A stretch of 64,000 nucleotides of DNA from Candidatus Latescibacterota bacterium (lineage in GTDB: Bacteria; Latescibacterota; UBA2968; UBA8231). The stretch lies in NCBI GenBank assembly GCA_965217585.1, contig OZ244561.1, positions 3,648,001 through 3,712,000 on the forward strand, in the 5' to 3' direction. This document shows, one piece after another, positions 33,801 to 41,907 of the stretch (its first letter is position 1; each line of letters starts with the position of its first letter). The notes below the pieces were generated by a model. The model did not search any database. It was not told the DNA's origin and saw nothing but the letters and a program-made list of their open reading frames with translations. The position numbers were made by a program, and so were the translations under genes.

Positions 33801-36800
33801 CGCCAGGTGGCGGCCGGTAGCTTTGGCTTTTGTCGGTGCCGATGACCGTGACGTCGAGGGCCTCGCGGTCGCCGATCGGAAAGCGCTCGTCGAGCCGTAC
33901 CACGTCGTCTTCCTGCCACTTGTTACCCACGATCTCCACGAGCGCGATCTCGGCCCGCACGGGGTCCTCTACGCCCGGTCGCGGTCCGCTCGAAAGCATC
34001 AGGCGCGCGTATTCGATGCGGGTGGAGTCGGGTAAGCCCACGCGCCCGACGTGGGGACCGAATAGGGGCACCCGGAGCTGACGCCAGCCCTCGTTTTGGG
34101 TACCGGCGACTTCGTAGTGGATCGAGGACAGGTCGATCTCGTAGTGGTAGTAATTGTTGCGCCGGTCGAGCACGCCGTTGTTGTTGAGGTCTTCCGTATC
34201 CGGGCGGTCGCCGCTTTCGACGTCTTTTTTATTGTTCTCGGTTCCGTTGATGTGGCTGTAATCGTTCTTGTTGCGCTGGCCGTCGTATTTCCAGTTGTCT
34301 CCTTCGGGATCGTCGGCCGAGCGGTTGGGACGCAGGGGGTCGGGGTCCGGGTAGAGCGCGGCGAATGCCTGCTTCCGCTCGGCTAGGGAGCGGGTAGTGT
34401 CGAACGCGGCGTCTTGCAGGCGCAAGTAGAAGTTCAACTCGGCCTCGTCGTCGCGACCGTCGATGCCCAAGTCCTCCTCCCGAGACACCAACCCGTCGCC
34501 CGCAGCTTGCCCGGGGAACGGCTCGTCTTCGGTGTCGAGGCGGCCGTTGGCGATGTAGTCCTCGTTGATTTGGTCGCCCAAGTTTAGGTGCAAGGTGCCC
34601 TCCCGGCCGCGGACCCAGATTTCTATGAACTTGGATTCAGAGAAGTCGTTGACGGTCGAGAAAGCGAGGGAGATCCCCCCCCAGGACTCGGTGGTTTCGA
34701 GGCGCGGCGTCAGCTCTAGCGACAGGATGTCGGTGCGTCGATTTTGGGCTTCGATTTGCTCTTCTTGGTTGGGCCAAACTTCGGTTCGCAGCACCCCGTT
34801 GTAGGGATTGTACCAGGTGAAGCGTGCGCGGTTTTCCGCGCCGAAGCGCGCGCTGGGCGGTGCGCTGGCCGGTGCCCAGCGCGGGCGGTTGACGATCAGT
34901 GAGGTGGGCTGCTCGCTGGCTTCAAAGTCGTCGATGTAGCCGCGTCCCTTGGTGTTGAGATTGGGGCGGCTTTGCGCGATTTCGGCGTCTAAGGTCACTT
35001 CGGAGGGAACCGCCGTCTTGACCAGCGGCAGCATATCGACGATGCGGGTGAGGACTGGCACTTCGCGCCGGGCGCGCAAGTCGAAATTCCATATCACTGT
35101 GCGCTTCGGTTCATTGCCCACCCGCACCCGCCGGTCACTCGAACGCTCGTTGTTGTAGATCATGGTGCTGCCCACCCGCCCGTCGCCTCCCCAGAACTCG
35201 TACTCGGTGCGCAGGCCCAACAGGGTCTTCTGCTGGCTGCCGATGTTGAAGACGTCCTCGGACTCAAAGGAGATTTCCAAGTCGGCACCGGGGTCGGCCA
35301 CTTCCTGAGCGACGGCACCGACAAACGTCACGCTGCCCGTGAAATCGACTCGGTATTCAGTATCCCGTGTCAGTGGGCGGCCGTTTAGCTGGACCTCCAC
35401 GGTCTCAGGCCGGACATTGCCGAAGATCCCGCCCAGCCGAATGCGCTGCTCCGAGGAGGCGGCGCGGACGAGGATTTTGTAGCGGCTAGCCTCGATCTGG
35501 GCGCGCTGCTGCTGCTCGTCGTAGATGGCGGGGACGGGTTCATCGAGTTCGCCGCGATATTTGTTGGAGCGCGGATCAAAGGGCCGCTGGTCGGGGAAAA
35601 TCAAGTGCCCGCGGATGTCGTCTAGCCCTATGTAGTCGGCGTCGACGACGCGGTCGGGTGCGCTGCCGGGGTCTTTGCCGCGCTCGTCCAAGCCCAAAAT
35701 CTGCAAGTAGGATTGGCCCTTTTGCGAAAGTTGGTCCTCTTGGCCGGGCACTTCCTTGGCGATATCGACCTGCAAAGTCTTGGGATCGAAGCGGCGGCCG
35801 GTGGAATACCCGGAGGCAATGCGGTAGACGTTTTTCCACTCTAGGTTCCAAGTGGGAAAACCCGGGCGGGCGTTGCGGGCCTTGATCAGCTTTAGGTGCA
35901 AGGAGTCGGATGCTGCGCTGGCGTTGAGCCGAGCCGTCTCGTGTTGGAGGGTGCCGTCGAAGTCCGGCGCGCGAGTTTTGAAATGCACGGCCATGGCATA
36001 CGGGTCGGATACGGGTCTGTTGAGCACGATATAACCCGCCTCGGCCAGGACCGCATAGTCGTCGTCCGGGTCGAGCCGATGCCAGGTCCCCTCCTCAAAG
36101 CAGCCGCTGTTGCGCAGGCGATTGCCCGCCGCGTCAAAGCACTCGATGGTGGCGAGGGAGTCGGACGGATCGACCCAAGCCGTGCCGGGCTTGGCGAATA
36201 GCTCGGCGTCATTCCTCGTATTGAAGTCGTTGATATAGACTTCGAGGCGGCTGATATCGACGAAGTTTTCCGAGCCAAACTGCGCTCCGTCCAACAGCCG
36301 GCGGAAGTCGAGGAGGTGGGTGCGGTAGAATTCGTGCAAGAAGAAGTACGTATTGCGGATGTATTGGTAGTCTTTGAGCTGGAGCGTGTCGATGGCCGCT
36401 CCGCCCTTGAAGGTCTGGCGGTTGGACTTGCTCTTTTCGTGGCTGGCCACGGTCGTAAAGGCCAGCGGACCGATATGCCCCTTAGCGCGGATGCCGAAGA
36501 GGCCCTTGTTCTTCTGCCGAAAGCCGACGAAGCGAGTATTGGGCAGTTCTAGGGTGGTATTGCCGGCCTGTATCTCTTGGAATATGGAGTCTTCTTCGCC
36601 ATCGTAGTCGAGCTTGATCTGGTTGGATAGCTGATCGCCCAAATTGGAGCTAAGAGCCGAGCCGAGGTTTTGGGTGTCTTGGTCGATGCGCACGCTGATC
36701 AGCTCGCCGACTTTGCCTTCCACCGTGAAATCGGACTCCTGTTCGATGCCCAGCGCGGGGAACTTTGAGCTCCGTCCAAACGAGGTCTGTACCTCGCCGT

Positions 36801-37326
36801 CGGTCCACTCGCTCTTGCCAGAAATGATGATGGTGCGCGAGCCATTGAGCACGAGGCTGGGGCCTTCGTCGCCGATAAAGCGCCGCAGGGGCTTGGGGGC
36901 GGCAAAGGGCACAGTCCACTCGAAGCGGCTGCCCTTGCGTCGGCGCTGCTCAGAGGCTGTGCTGCGAAAGTCGCGGCGGATCTGCTGGTGCCAAAGCTGC
37001 CGGTGCTCGGCTTGGTATTCCATGTGGAGATAATCGTCTATAGCCACGGCGACCGTCAGTCCCTCGGCGAACCCGCTGACGCGGCGGCCGTAGTGGGCCA
37101 TTCCCACGGAGTCCACTGCGGCTTGATACGAGATCGGCGCGCGGCTAGGGGCGGGCAAGAGCGGCTGAGCGACCCCAAAGGCGGCTTGGCGAGGGGCCGC
37201 AAAGCGCTGGGAAAGCGGGCCGTACAGTGGATCGAAATGCAGGCCAGGCTCGGCGTGCGCCACTGCCGCGAGCAAGCAAACACACAGCCACAAGGGAAAC
37301 GCTTGGACGGAAAAGCGGAGAAACAC
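30889..37326 (-). CDS. sprA: SprA/Sov-family type IX secretion translocon (large OM beta-barrel)
   Basis: 2145 aa. IKLDYDGEEDSIFQEIQAGN, GLFG, EWKNVY, QQKTLLG, YIDDFE, DTEDLNNNGVLD, REQSL, DELRL; ends in LSGTFFLR. Confidence 0.9.
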   Translation of the reverse strand: MFLRFSVQAFPLWLCVCLLAAVAHAEPGLHFDPLYGPLSQRFAAPRQAAFGVAQPLLPAPSRAPISYQAAVDSVGMAHYGRRVSGFAEGLTVAVAIDDYLHMEYQAEHRQLWHQQIRRDFRSTASEQRRRKGSRFEWTVPFAAPKPLRRFIGDEGPSLVLNGSRTIIISGKSEWTDGEVQTSFGRSSKFPALGIEQESDFTVEGKVGELISVRIDQDTQNLGSALSSNLGDQLSNQIKLDYDGEEDSIFQEIQAGNTTLELPNTRFVGFRQKNKGLFGIRAKGHIGPLAFTTVASHEKSKSNRQTFKGGAAIDTLQLKDYQYIRNTYFFLHEFYRTHLLDFRRLLDGAQFGSENFVDISRLEVYINDFNTRNDAELFAKPGTAWVDPSDSLATIECFDAAGNRLRNSGCFEEGTWHRLDPDDDYAVLAEAGYIVLNRPVSDPYAMAVHFKTRAPDFDGTLQHETARLNASAASDSLHLKLIKARNARPGFPTWNLEWKNVYRIASGYSTGRRFDPKTLQVDIAKEVPGQEDQLSQKGQSYLQILGLDERGKDPGSAPDRVVDADYIGLDDIRGHLIFPDQRPFDPRSNKYRGELDEPVPAIYDEQQQRAQIEASRYKILVRAASSEQRIRLGGIFGNVRPETVEVQLNGRPLTRDTEYRVDFTGSVTFVGAVAQEVADPGADLEISFESEDVFNIGSQQKTLLGLRTEYEFWGGDGRVGSTMIYNNERSSDRRVRVGNEPKRTVIWNFDLRARREVPVLTRIVDMLPLVKTAVPSEVTLDAEIAQSRPNLNTKGRGYIDDFEASEQPTSLIVNRPRWAPASAPPSARFGAENRARFTWYNPYNGVLRTEVWPNQEEQIEAQNRRTDILSLELTPRLETTESWGGISLAFSTVNDFSESKFIEIWVRGREGTLHLNLGDQINEDYIANGRLDTEDEPFPGQAAGDGLVSREEDLGIDGRDDEAELNFYLRLQDAAFDTTRSLAERKQAFAALYPDPDPLRPNRSADDPEGDNWKYDGQRNKNDYSHINGTENNKKDVESGDRPDTEDLNNNGVLDRRNNYYHYEIDLSSIHYEVAGTQNEGWRQLRVPLFGPHVGRVGLPDSTRIEYARLMLSSGPRPGVEDPVRAEIALVEIVGNKWQEDDVVRLDERFPIGDREALDVTVIGTDKSQSYRPPPGVKIRRNVQSRTREREQSLVLAYDNLEPGHQMSATRILTRPANYTSYERLRMYVYGDSSGTIEYAHGDSSDLVLFVRFGVDSTNYYEAISPIFPGWEGGRKGWKGNQVDVDLPAISQLKALLQSGRADTTTGEFYYTYRVIDPRGAPLDGQTEIAQRELEALHMAGYDPQVERFSLDQVFARSGLRSGEETIYRVRGNPSMQSIKQLSMGLRNRAANRAYSGRVLLDELRLDEARNDPGLAAYAHLNTKLADFANLGGNVLWRQENFRSFTGQGGNSTDREAALSVSTNAQKILPSSWGFLIPLKVNLSRTTSLPRFGPGSDVELTAEEKREQQAIRSKEFYDVSISRRQGKNFILRWTLDQMNLRLSHSREHSSDPVRPINEREAQTMSFNYSMPLPKPALRIMGWLPAFMPKGWAQMQFRPLPSSLTYAVNGSRRTSRLLRRGDDEPTEQEDFTLVETYASKLNPLSGLSANYNLKIDRDLRKKFTLDKRSFGREVGRRQTADLGFSLRLISWLDQNYTFKANYREQNDPAQRRGVAPIDSISGLPFNTLDIDNQNDLSARLNLKIPTLLKNLGKSPGQSRKAQRRDDRDRNRNRDTDEDAPTSEKSQPKQEKSQPEQEKSQPEQEKSQPEQEKSQPEQEKSQPEPPKGPNILRRLAGWTGRIVEPVNASWRRNTNSRHFNLLHRPSLSYQLGLEDTLRVRQETQGLTHQDNWSHTASFETGSGMRLPFGISVKVNSKEQTSERSGASQQRLRVRNDRTYPRLSLSWGRADRIPLIKRLINSAQVNASFETSEASEGEGSLAPGNLLSEETKTEFRASWNGRWRWGPTTTIERVISTSESRDFEPGAEGGDGTQPLRGTRDREHMTTTFKITHSLKPRRLPLLGRLKSDVTLNLEHKLEGETRSIATGAEERVPNGKENRWRTQLSMTYNFSANFRGEGRIRIENNKDHLRDKTRKIREVRLSGTFFLR
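31863..31987. repeat. 21-bp VNTR x6 (QEKSQPE) inside sprA
   Basis: Unit gctcgggctggcttttctcct, six copies with minor variants. Confidence 0.95.
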
Positions 37327-37667
37327 TTCTAAATTTGCACCTATCGACGTTTATCGTTTGACATGCTCCCAAGCCCCAAGGGGCGGAAGTTATAGGGCGT
37401 CAAACATCGAGCCATCGCCGAATGCGCTCGGCGTGCTGCTCGGCAGTCTCAATTAAGAGAGCGGTCTTTCCATATGAGGTTTAGCGGAAACGACTCAGAA
37501 GCCTTCACTGGTGGTTCGGCCATGGCAAAAGCAATGCGCCGAGCGGCTTCTGTATTAACTAAACGCGATAGGCGGTCTCCAAACCTAGGAACAGGAGGAC
37601 GCTGCCCAGACGAGACGGGCAACACCTGAAAACATAGCATGTGGCTGTGATTATTTCAAGGAAGCCC

Positions 37668-37684
37668 TTGCAAAAACCATTCCC
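37668..37684 (-). promoter_or_regulatory. Possible sigma-54 promoter upstream of the sprA operon
   Basis: Minus strand GGGAATGGTTTTTGCAA gives GG-N10-GC with TTGCA; the -24 box is imperfect. Confidence 0.4.
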
Positions 37685-37830
37685 GTTGCACGGCGCGGGG
37701 AGTACTTTTTTGGACGGCGGTCTAAGTCGTTATATTTGAGGGAACTAGGCCCGTGGCCATCCGGGTACTCGCCGCTTGCGCCGAGCACCTCTGAGTGCCG
37801 CGCGCCACAGCCCCGTATCCCTTTCGACCC

Positions 37831-39129
37831 ATGACGACCCTGTCCCGCTACGTGCTCAAAGAGCACGCCTGGCCCTTTGCCCTCGGCTTTGCGCTGATTC
37901 TCTTCATCCTGCTGATCGACGTCGTATTGCAGACGATGGACCAAGTGCTGAGCAAGGGACTGACCCTGCTAGCCGCCCTCCAGCTTTTGCTCTTCAACTT
38001 GGCTTGGATCGTAGCGCTGGCCGTGCCCATGGCCGTGCTCATCGCCGTGCTCATGGCCTTTGCCCGCCTCGCCGCCGACGGGGAAATCATCGCGGCTAAA
38101 GCCTGCGGGGTGAGCTTTTGGCTACTCCTGCGGCCGGTGCTTGTATTCGCTTTGCTGCTCACTTTGCTGATGGTCCTTTTTAACGACCAGATCCTCCCGG
38201 ACTGGAACCACCAAGCCCGCGTCCTATCGTCGAGCTTGCAAAGGACCAAGGCCGCCTTGGTGCTGCGGGAAAAGGAAGGGGTCTTCATACCCAACTTGGG
38301 CGATTATCACCTGCTCATCCGTCAGATTGACCCGGCGACTAACGAACTGGCCGGCATTGCGCTCTACGACGCCTCGCGTCCCGGGCCGCCGGTGATTTTA
38401 CACGCCCCTAGGGGCCGCATTGCGCTGTTGGGAGATGGGGCTTACATCCGCTTAGAACTGGAGGAAGGCCATGTCCAGCGCGTCGAAGCCGGCCAAGAAG
38501 AGCGCTTTTTCTACGGCACCTTTGCCCGCCAAGTGCTGCACATCAAGGACGAGCGCCGCCGCTACGAACACCGCCCCTCGTCCTACCGTAGCGACCGCGA
38601 GCTAAACATCGCGGCCATGCGCCGCTTGGTGCTAGAGCGCCGCCGCGAGCAGGAGCGCGCCTACGGTCGCCTCGATTCGATTGCCGCGCGCTACCTCGCA
38701 CTGCACCAAGAGCAGCTCGCCGACTCTACGGCCGGCGCACTAGAGCGAGAAGGACAGCAGGCGGCCGAGGCCCTACGCCGACAGTGGCAGCACATAGACC
38801 GCCGCGAGGGGCGGATCAACGAATACTTGGTCGAAATTCACAAGAAGCTATCCATCCCGGCCGCCTGCTTGGTCTTCGCGTTGGTGGGCGCTCCATTGGG
38901 CGCGCTGATTCGCCGGCGCGGCGCAGCCGTCTCCGTCGGCATCAGTCTGTTCTTCTTTTGGATCTACTGGATGTTCCTCATCGGCGGCGAAGAGCTGGCC
39001 GACCGCGGCTATATCCCACCGCCTTTGGCGATGTGGGCACCCAATTTGGTCTTCGCCCTCGTCGGATGGGGGCTGTTGCGGGTGGTCGCGTATGACCGCG
39101 CCGGACGCCGAGGGACGAAAAATACCTGA
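37831..39129 (+). CDS. lptF: LptF/LptG family LPS export permease
   Basis: LSRYVLKE, LAVPMAVL, RLAADGEIIAAKACGVS, EIHKKLSIP, WAPN. Confidence 0.9.
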   Translation: MTTLSRYVLKEHAWPFALGFALILFILLIDVVLQTMDQVLSKGLTLLAALQLLLFNLAWIVALAVPMAVLIAVLMAFARLAADGEIIAAKACGVSFWLLLRPVLVFALLLTLLMVLFNDQILPDWNHQARVLSSSLQRTKAALVLREKEGVFIPNLGDYHLLIRQIDPATNELAGIALYDASRPGPPVILHAPRGRIALLGDGAYIRLELEEGHVQRVEAGQEERFFYGTFARQVLHIKDERRRYEHRPSSYRSDRELNIAAMRRLVLERRREQERAYGRLDSIAARYLALHQEQLADSTAGALEREGQQAAEALRRQWQHIDRREGRINEYLVEIHKKLSIPAACLVFALVGAPLGALIRRRGAAVSVGISLFFFWIYWMFLIGGEELADRGYIPPPLAMWAPNLVFALVGWGLLRVVAYDRAGRRGTKNT

Positions 39130-39130
39130 G

Positions 39131-40204
39131 ATGCGCACCCTTGATCTCTATCTGACGCGCCGCTTTCTGTTGTGTTTGGGGATTGCCGTGGTCAGCCTGT
39201 TACTCATTGCGGTGATCATTGACCTCACCGAAAACATCGACACCTTTATCGACTTTGAGGCTCGCCCCAAGCAGATCTTGCTCTACTATGTCTATCGGGT
39301 GCCGTACTGGCTCATCCTGACCCTGCCCATCGCCGCGCTGCTCGGCGCGCTTTTTGCCCTGACCAGCTTAGCGCGCCAAAACGAAATCACCGCCATGAAG
39401 GCCACCGGCATTGGCCTGTATCGCCTGCTGGCCCCGGTCTTGGCGTGTGCCCTCGCCGTTGCGGTCGCGGCTTTTTTCTTTACTGACTGGGTGGTCCCGG
39501 CCGCCACCTATCAGTACAACCAAATCAGCGACGAGATTAAGTCCTATCACCGCAGCGATGGCTCCCGCCGCCAAGTCCTGCTGCAAGACGCGGACAACCA
39601 GTTCGTGTACGCCCGCAGCTACGACGCGGGGCGGCAACGAGCCGACGAAGTGTCTTGGGAGCGGCTACACGGCTACGTCCCGCTGGAGCGCGCAGTGGCC
39701 CGGCGCATGGAATGGCGGGAAGGCACTTGGGTACTCCTCGAAGGCCGCCGCTTTCGCTTTGCCGCGGGCGAAGCCGTAGCGACTTCTTCCTTCGATACCC
39801 TATCCCTGCCGAGCTTGTCGTTGCTACCCAGCGACTTTGCCCGCCAGCAGAAGGAGCCCGAGGAAATGAACTATGCCGAGCTGGCCGACTACATCGCCCG
39901 CGCCACGCTCAACGGAGAGGATGCCACGCGTCAGCGAGTCGATTTGCACCTGAAAATATCCTTTCCCCTGACCAGCTTCATCATCATCGCCCTAGGCGCG
40001 ACCCTCGGTGCCAATGCCCGCCGCGCTGGCTTGGCCAATAGGTTCGGCTTGGGGGTACTGATTTGCTTTGCTTATTACAGTTGCGTCAAGGCCGGTCAAG
40101 CCCTCGGTTGGAATCAGGTGCTCGCGCCTTGGTTGGGCGCGTGGATAGCCAACCTGCTGTTTGCCGCCTTGGCCTTAGTGCTACTGTGGCGTGCGCACAA
40201 ATAA
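39131..40204 (+). CDS. lptG: LptF/LptG family LPS export permease
   Basis: MRTLDLYL, NEITAMKATGIG, PEEMNYAEL, KISFP, AWIAN. Confidence 0.9.
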   Translation: MRTLDLYLTRRFLLCLGIAVVSLLLIAVIIDLTENIDTFIDFEARPKQILLYYVYRVPYWLILTLPIAALLGALFALTSLARQNEITAMKATGIGLYRLLAPVLACALAVAVAAFFFTDWVVPAATYQYNQISDEIKSYHRSDGSRRQVLLQDADNQFVYARSYDAGRQRADEVSWERLHGYVPLERAVARRMEWREGTWVLLEGRRFRFAAGEAVATSSFDTLSLPSLSLLPSDFARQQKEPEEMNYAELADYIARATLNGEDATRQRVDLHLKISFPLTSFIIIALGATLGANARRAGLANRFGLGVLICFAYYSCVKAGQALGWNQVLAPWLGAWIANLLFAALALVLLWRAHK

Positions 40205-40235
40205 AAAGGCCGTTCGCCCGTCGACGAACGGCCCT
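40205..40235. terminator. Hairpin between convergent genes
   Basis: aaaaggccgttcg-cccgt-cgacgaacggcc(c)tt; U-tract on the minus strand. Confidence 0.55.
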
Positions 40236-40262
40236 TGGGGAGACTCGGATTGAAACAAATGC

Positions 40263-41264
40263 TCAGCGGATGCCTTGTTCTAGGTGGTAGATCTTGAGTT
40301 TGAGCGAGGCCGAGCGGGATTTCCAATTTTCTAGGAGAGCTGCCGCCTGTTGCCCTGCTTGGCCGTCGAGCCGTCCACTCAACCCGACTAATAGCTGGGC
40401 TAGACGGGCGACCTTGTCCTCGGAGGCACCGGAAGTGAGCCGCTCGAAGTGACCGATTAAATCGGCGTCCAGCGACAAGTCGGCGTGCTGGGTGATTCCG
40501 TGTAGGAAGCGGGCATGGCTGCGAGCAAAGGCGGCATCTTCGCTGCTCTTGCTGAGTAGGTGGCGCAGCAGCTTGGCCGATGGGGCCTCTTGGAGGACCT
40601 CGGTGGCCATCCGCGCCGCCTGCTGCCAGATGCGGGCTTGTGCAGCCGAAGTCATGGTTTGTGGCAGCCCGGCCTCGACGAAGAGCGCGAAGAGCGGTAC
40701 CTGCGGCAAGTGTGCCAAGAACGCGCGCAAGAGGCTCTCGTTGGGGTCGCACTTGAGGAGGCAATCGACCGCATAGGGCACCATAGAGGGATGGGTACGG
40801 CGAATTTTGTCGAGGAGTATGGCTGCGATGTCGGCTGGGGGACCCGCGGCTAGCGCTGTGGTGATCGGCGCGAGGGTCTGGCGGCTGATCGGCACGCCCT
40901 GTGCAGCCTCGCGGGCGACCGCACGCTCTTTGCTCGTTAGGAATTGGGCGACCTCGTCGCACTGGCGCAATGCTTGCACCAAGGCCGCGGCTGGGCGGGG
41001 GTTGTGCTCCTTGCGCGCTAACCGCACGATCTGGTGCAGCATGCGGAGCGAAGCCAGCCAAGAGCGGTGATGGCTCAAGATATCGATGGCCGCTAGCCGT
41101 CGGCTGTCGGCCGAGTCCTCGGCAATGGCCAAAAGCTGCTCCAAATCGTCCGTGCTGAGCACCAACCGATGTAGTTGGGCCTGTTCGCCTTTAAGCAATT
41201 GGTCTAGCGATGTTTCGGCGACCGGCGCAGCTTCTTGGCGCAAGTCGCGGATGTCCAACACCAT
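40263..41264 (-). CDS. Hypothetical alpha-helical (HEAT-like) protein
   Basis: 333 aa, Leu/Ala-rich, AGGGG RBS; no motif recognised. Confidence 0.75.
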   Translation of the reverse strand: MVLDIRDLRQEAAPVAETSLDQLLKGEQAQLHRLVLSTDDLEQLLAIAEDSADSRRLAAIDILSHHRSWLASLRMLHQIVRLARKEHNPRPAAALVQALRQCDEVAQFLTSKERAVAREAAQGVPISRQTLAPITTALAAGPPADIAAILLDKIRRTHPSMVPYAVDCLLKCDPNESLLRAFLAHLPQVPLFALFVEAGLPQTMTSAAQARIWQQAARMATEVLQEAPSAKLLRHLLSKSSEDAAFARSHARFLHGITQHADLSLDADLIGHFERLTSGASEDKVARLAQLLVGLSGRLDGQAGQQAAALLENWKSRSASLKLKIYHLEQGIR

Positions 41265-41457
41265 AGGTTTTTGATCCCCTAGCTATGCCAAAGCGAGCGG
41301 CTGGCACAGCTAGCTAATATTAGCAGAAATGGAAACTGTTCTGCTCTATACGAGCGACAAAAAAGTAAGGGGAAGGTGCTGAAATTTATCGCGGGGTTCT
41401 CAAACGTAAAACCCGCCCCGCGATAAAGCAAGCGAAAATATTGCCCTCTCTTTAAGC

Positions 41458-41907
41458 CTATTGGGACGCGCTGGCGATCTCTAGGCTGAAGGGGTCGGAT
41501 TCGTCCGCCAAGCGCACACTCAAGACCTGATCGCCGTCAATCGCGACCCGGATATTGCGCCGTACCCGAATCCCGTCTGCCGTGCGCGGCACGAGTACCA
41601 AGTCGAATTCCACTTCTAGACCGGCTGGCAGCACCCCGCCCGAAACCTCCATGCGCTGGCCGGCCGGCACGTGCGTGCGCACAATCCGCGGCGCGTCCGC
41701 ATCGGTCTCGTTGAGGTACGCCACTTCGAGATCGTAAGCTGTGTGGTTGGCGACTGAAACGGTCCCGGCCCGGCCGGCGGGTTCGGGGGGGGCCGGCGCA
41801 GGCGGTGCGGTGGGTGATTGGCCGTCGCAGCCGCTGAGCAGCCAAGCGGCTAGCAACAGCGCAACTCTTATTGTGCCGCGACGTGGGCTAATGCTCGGGC
41901 GATCCAC
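41458..41907 (-). CDS. Putative lipoprotein
   Basis: LLLAAWLLSGC lipobox, Pro-rich linker, beta-rich domain; true start uncertain. Confidence 0.7.
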   Translation of the reverse strand: MDRPSISPRRGTIRVALLLAAWLLSGCDGQSPTAPPAPAPPEPAGRAGTVSVANHTAYDLEVAYLNETDADAPRIVRTHVPAGQRMEVSGGVLPAGLEVEFDLVLVPRTADGIRVRRNIRVAIDGDQVLSVRLADESDPFSLEIASASQ

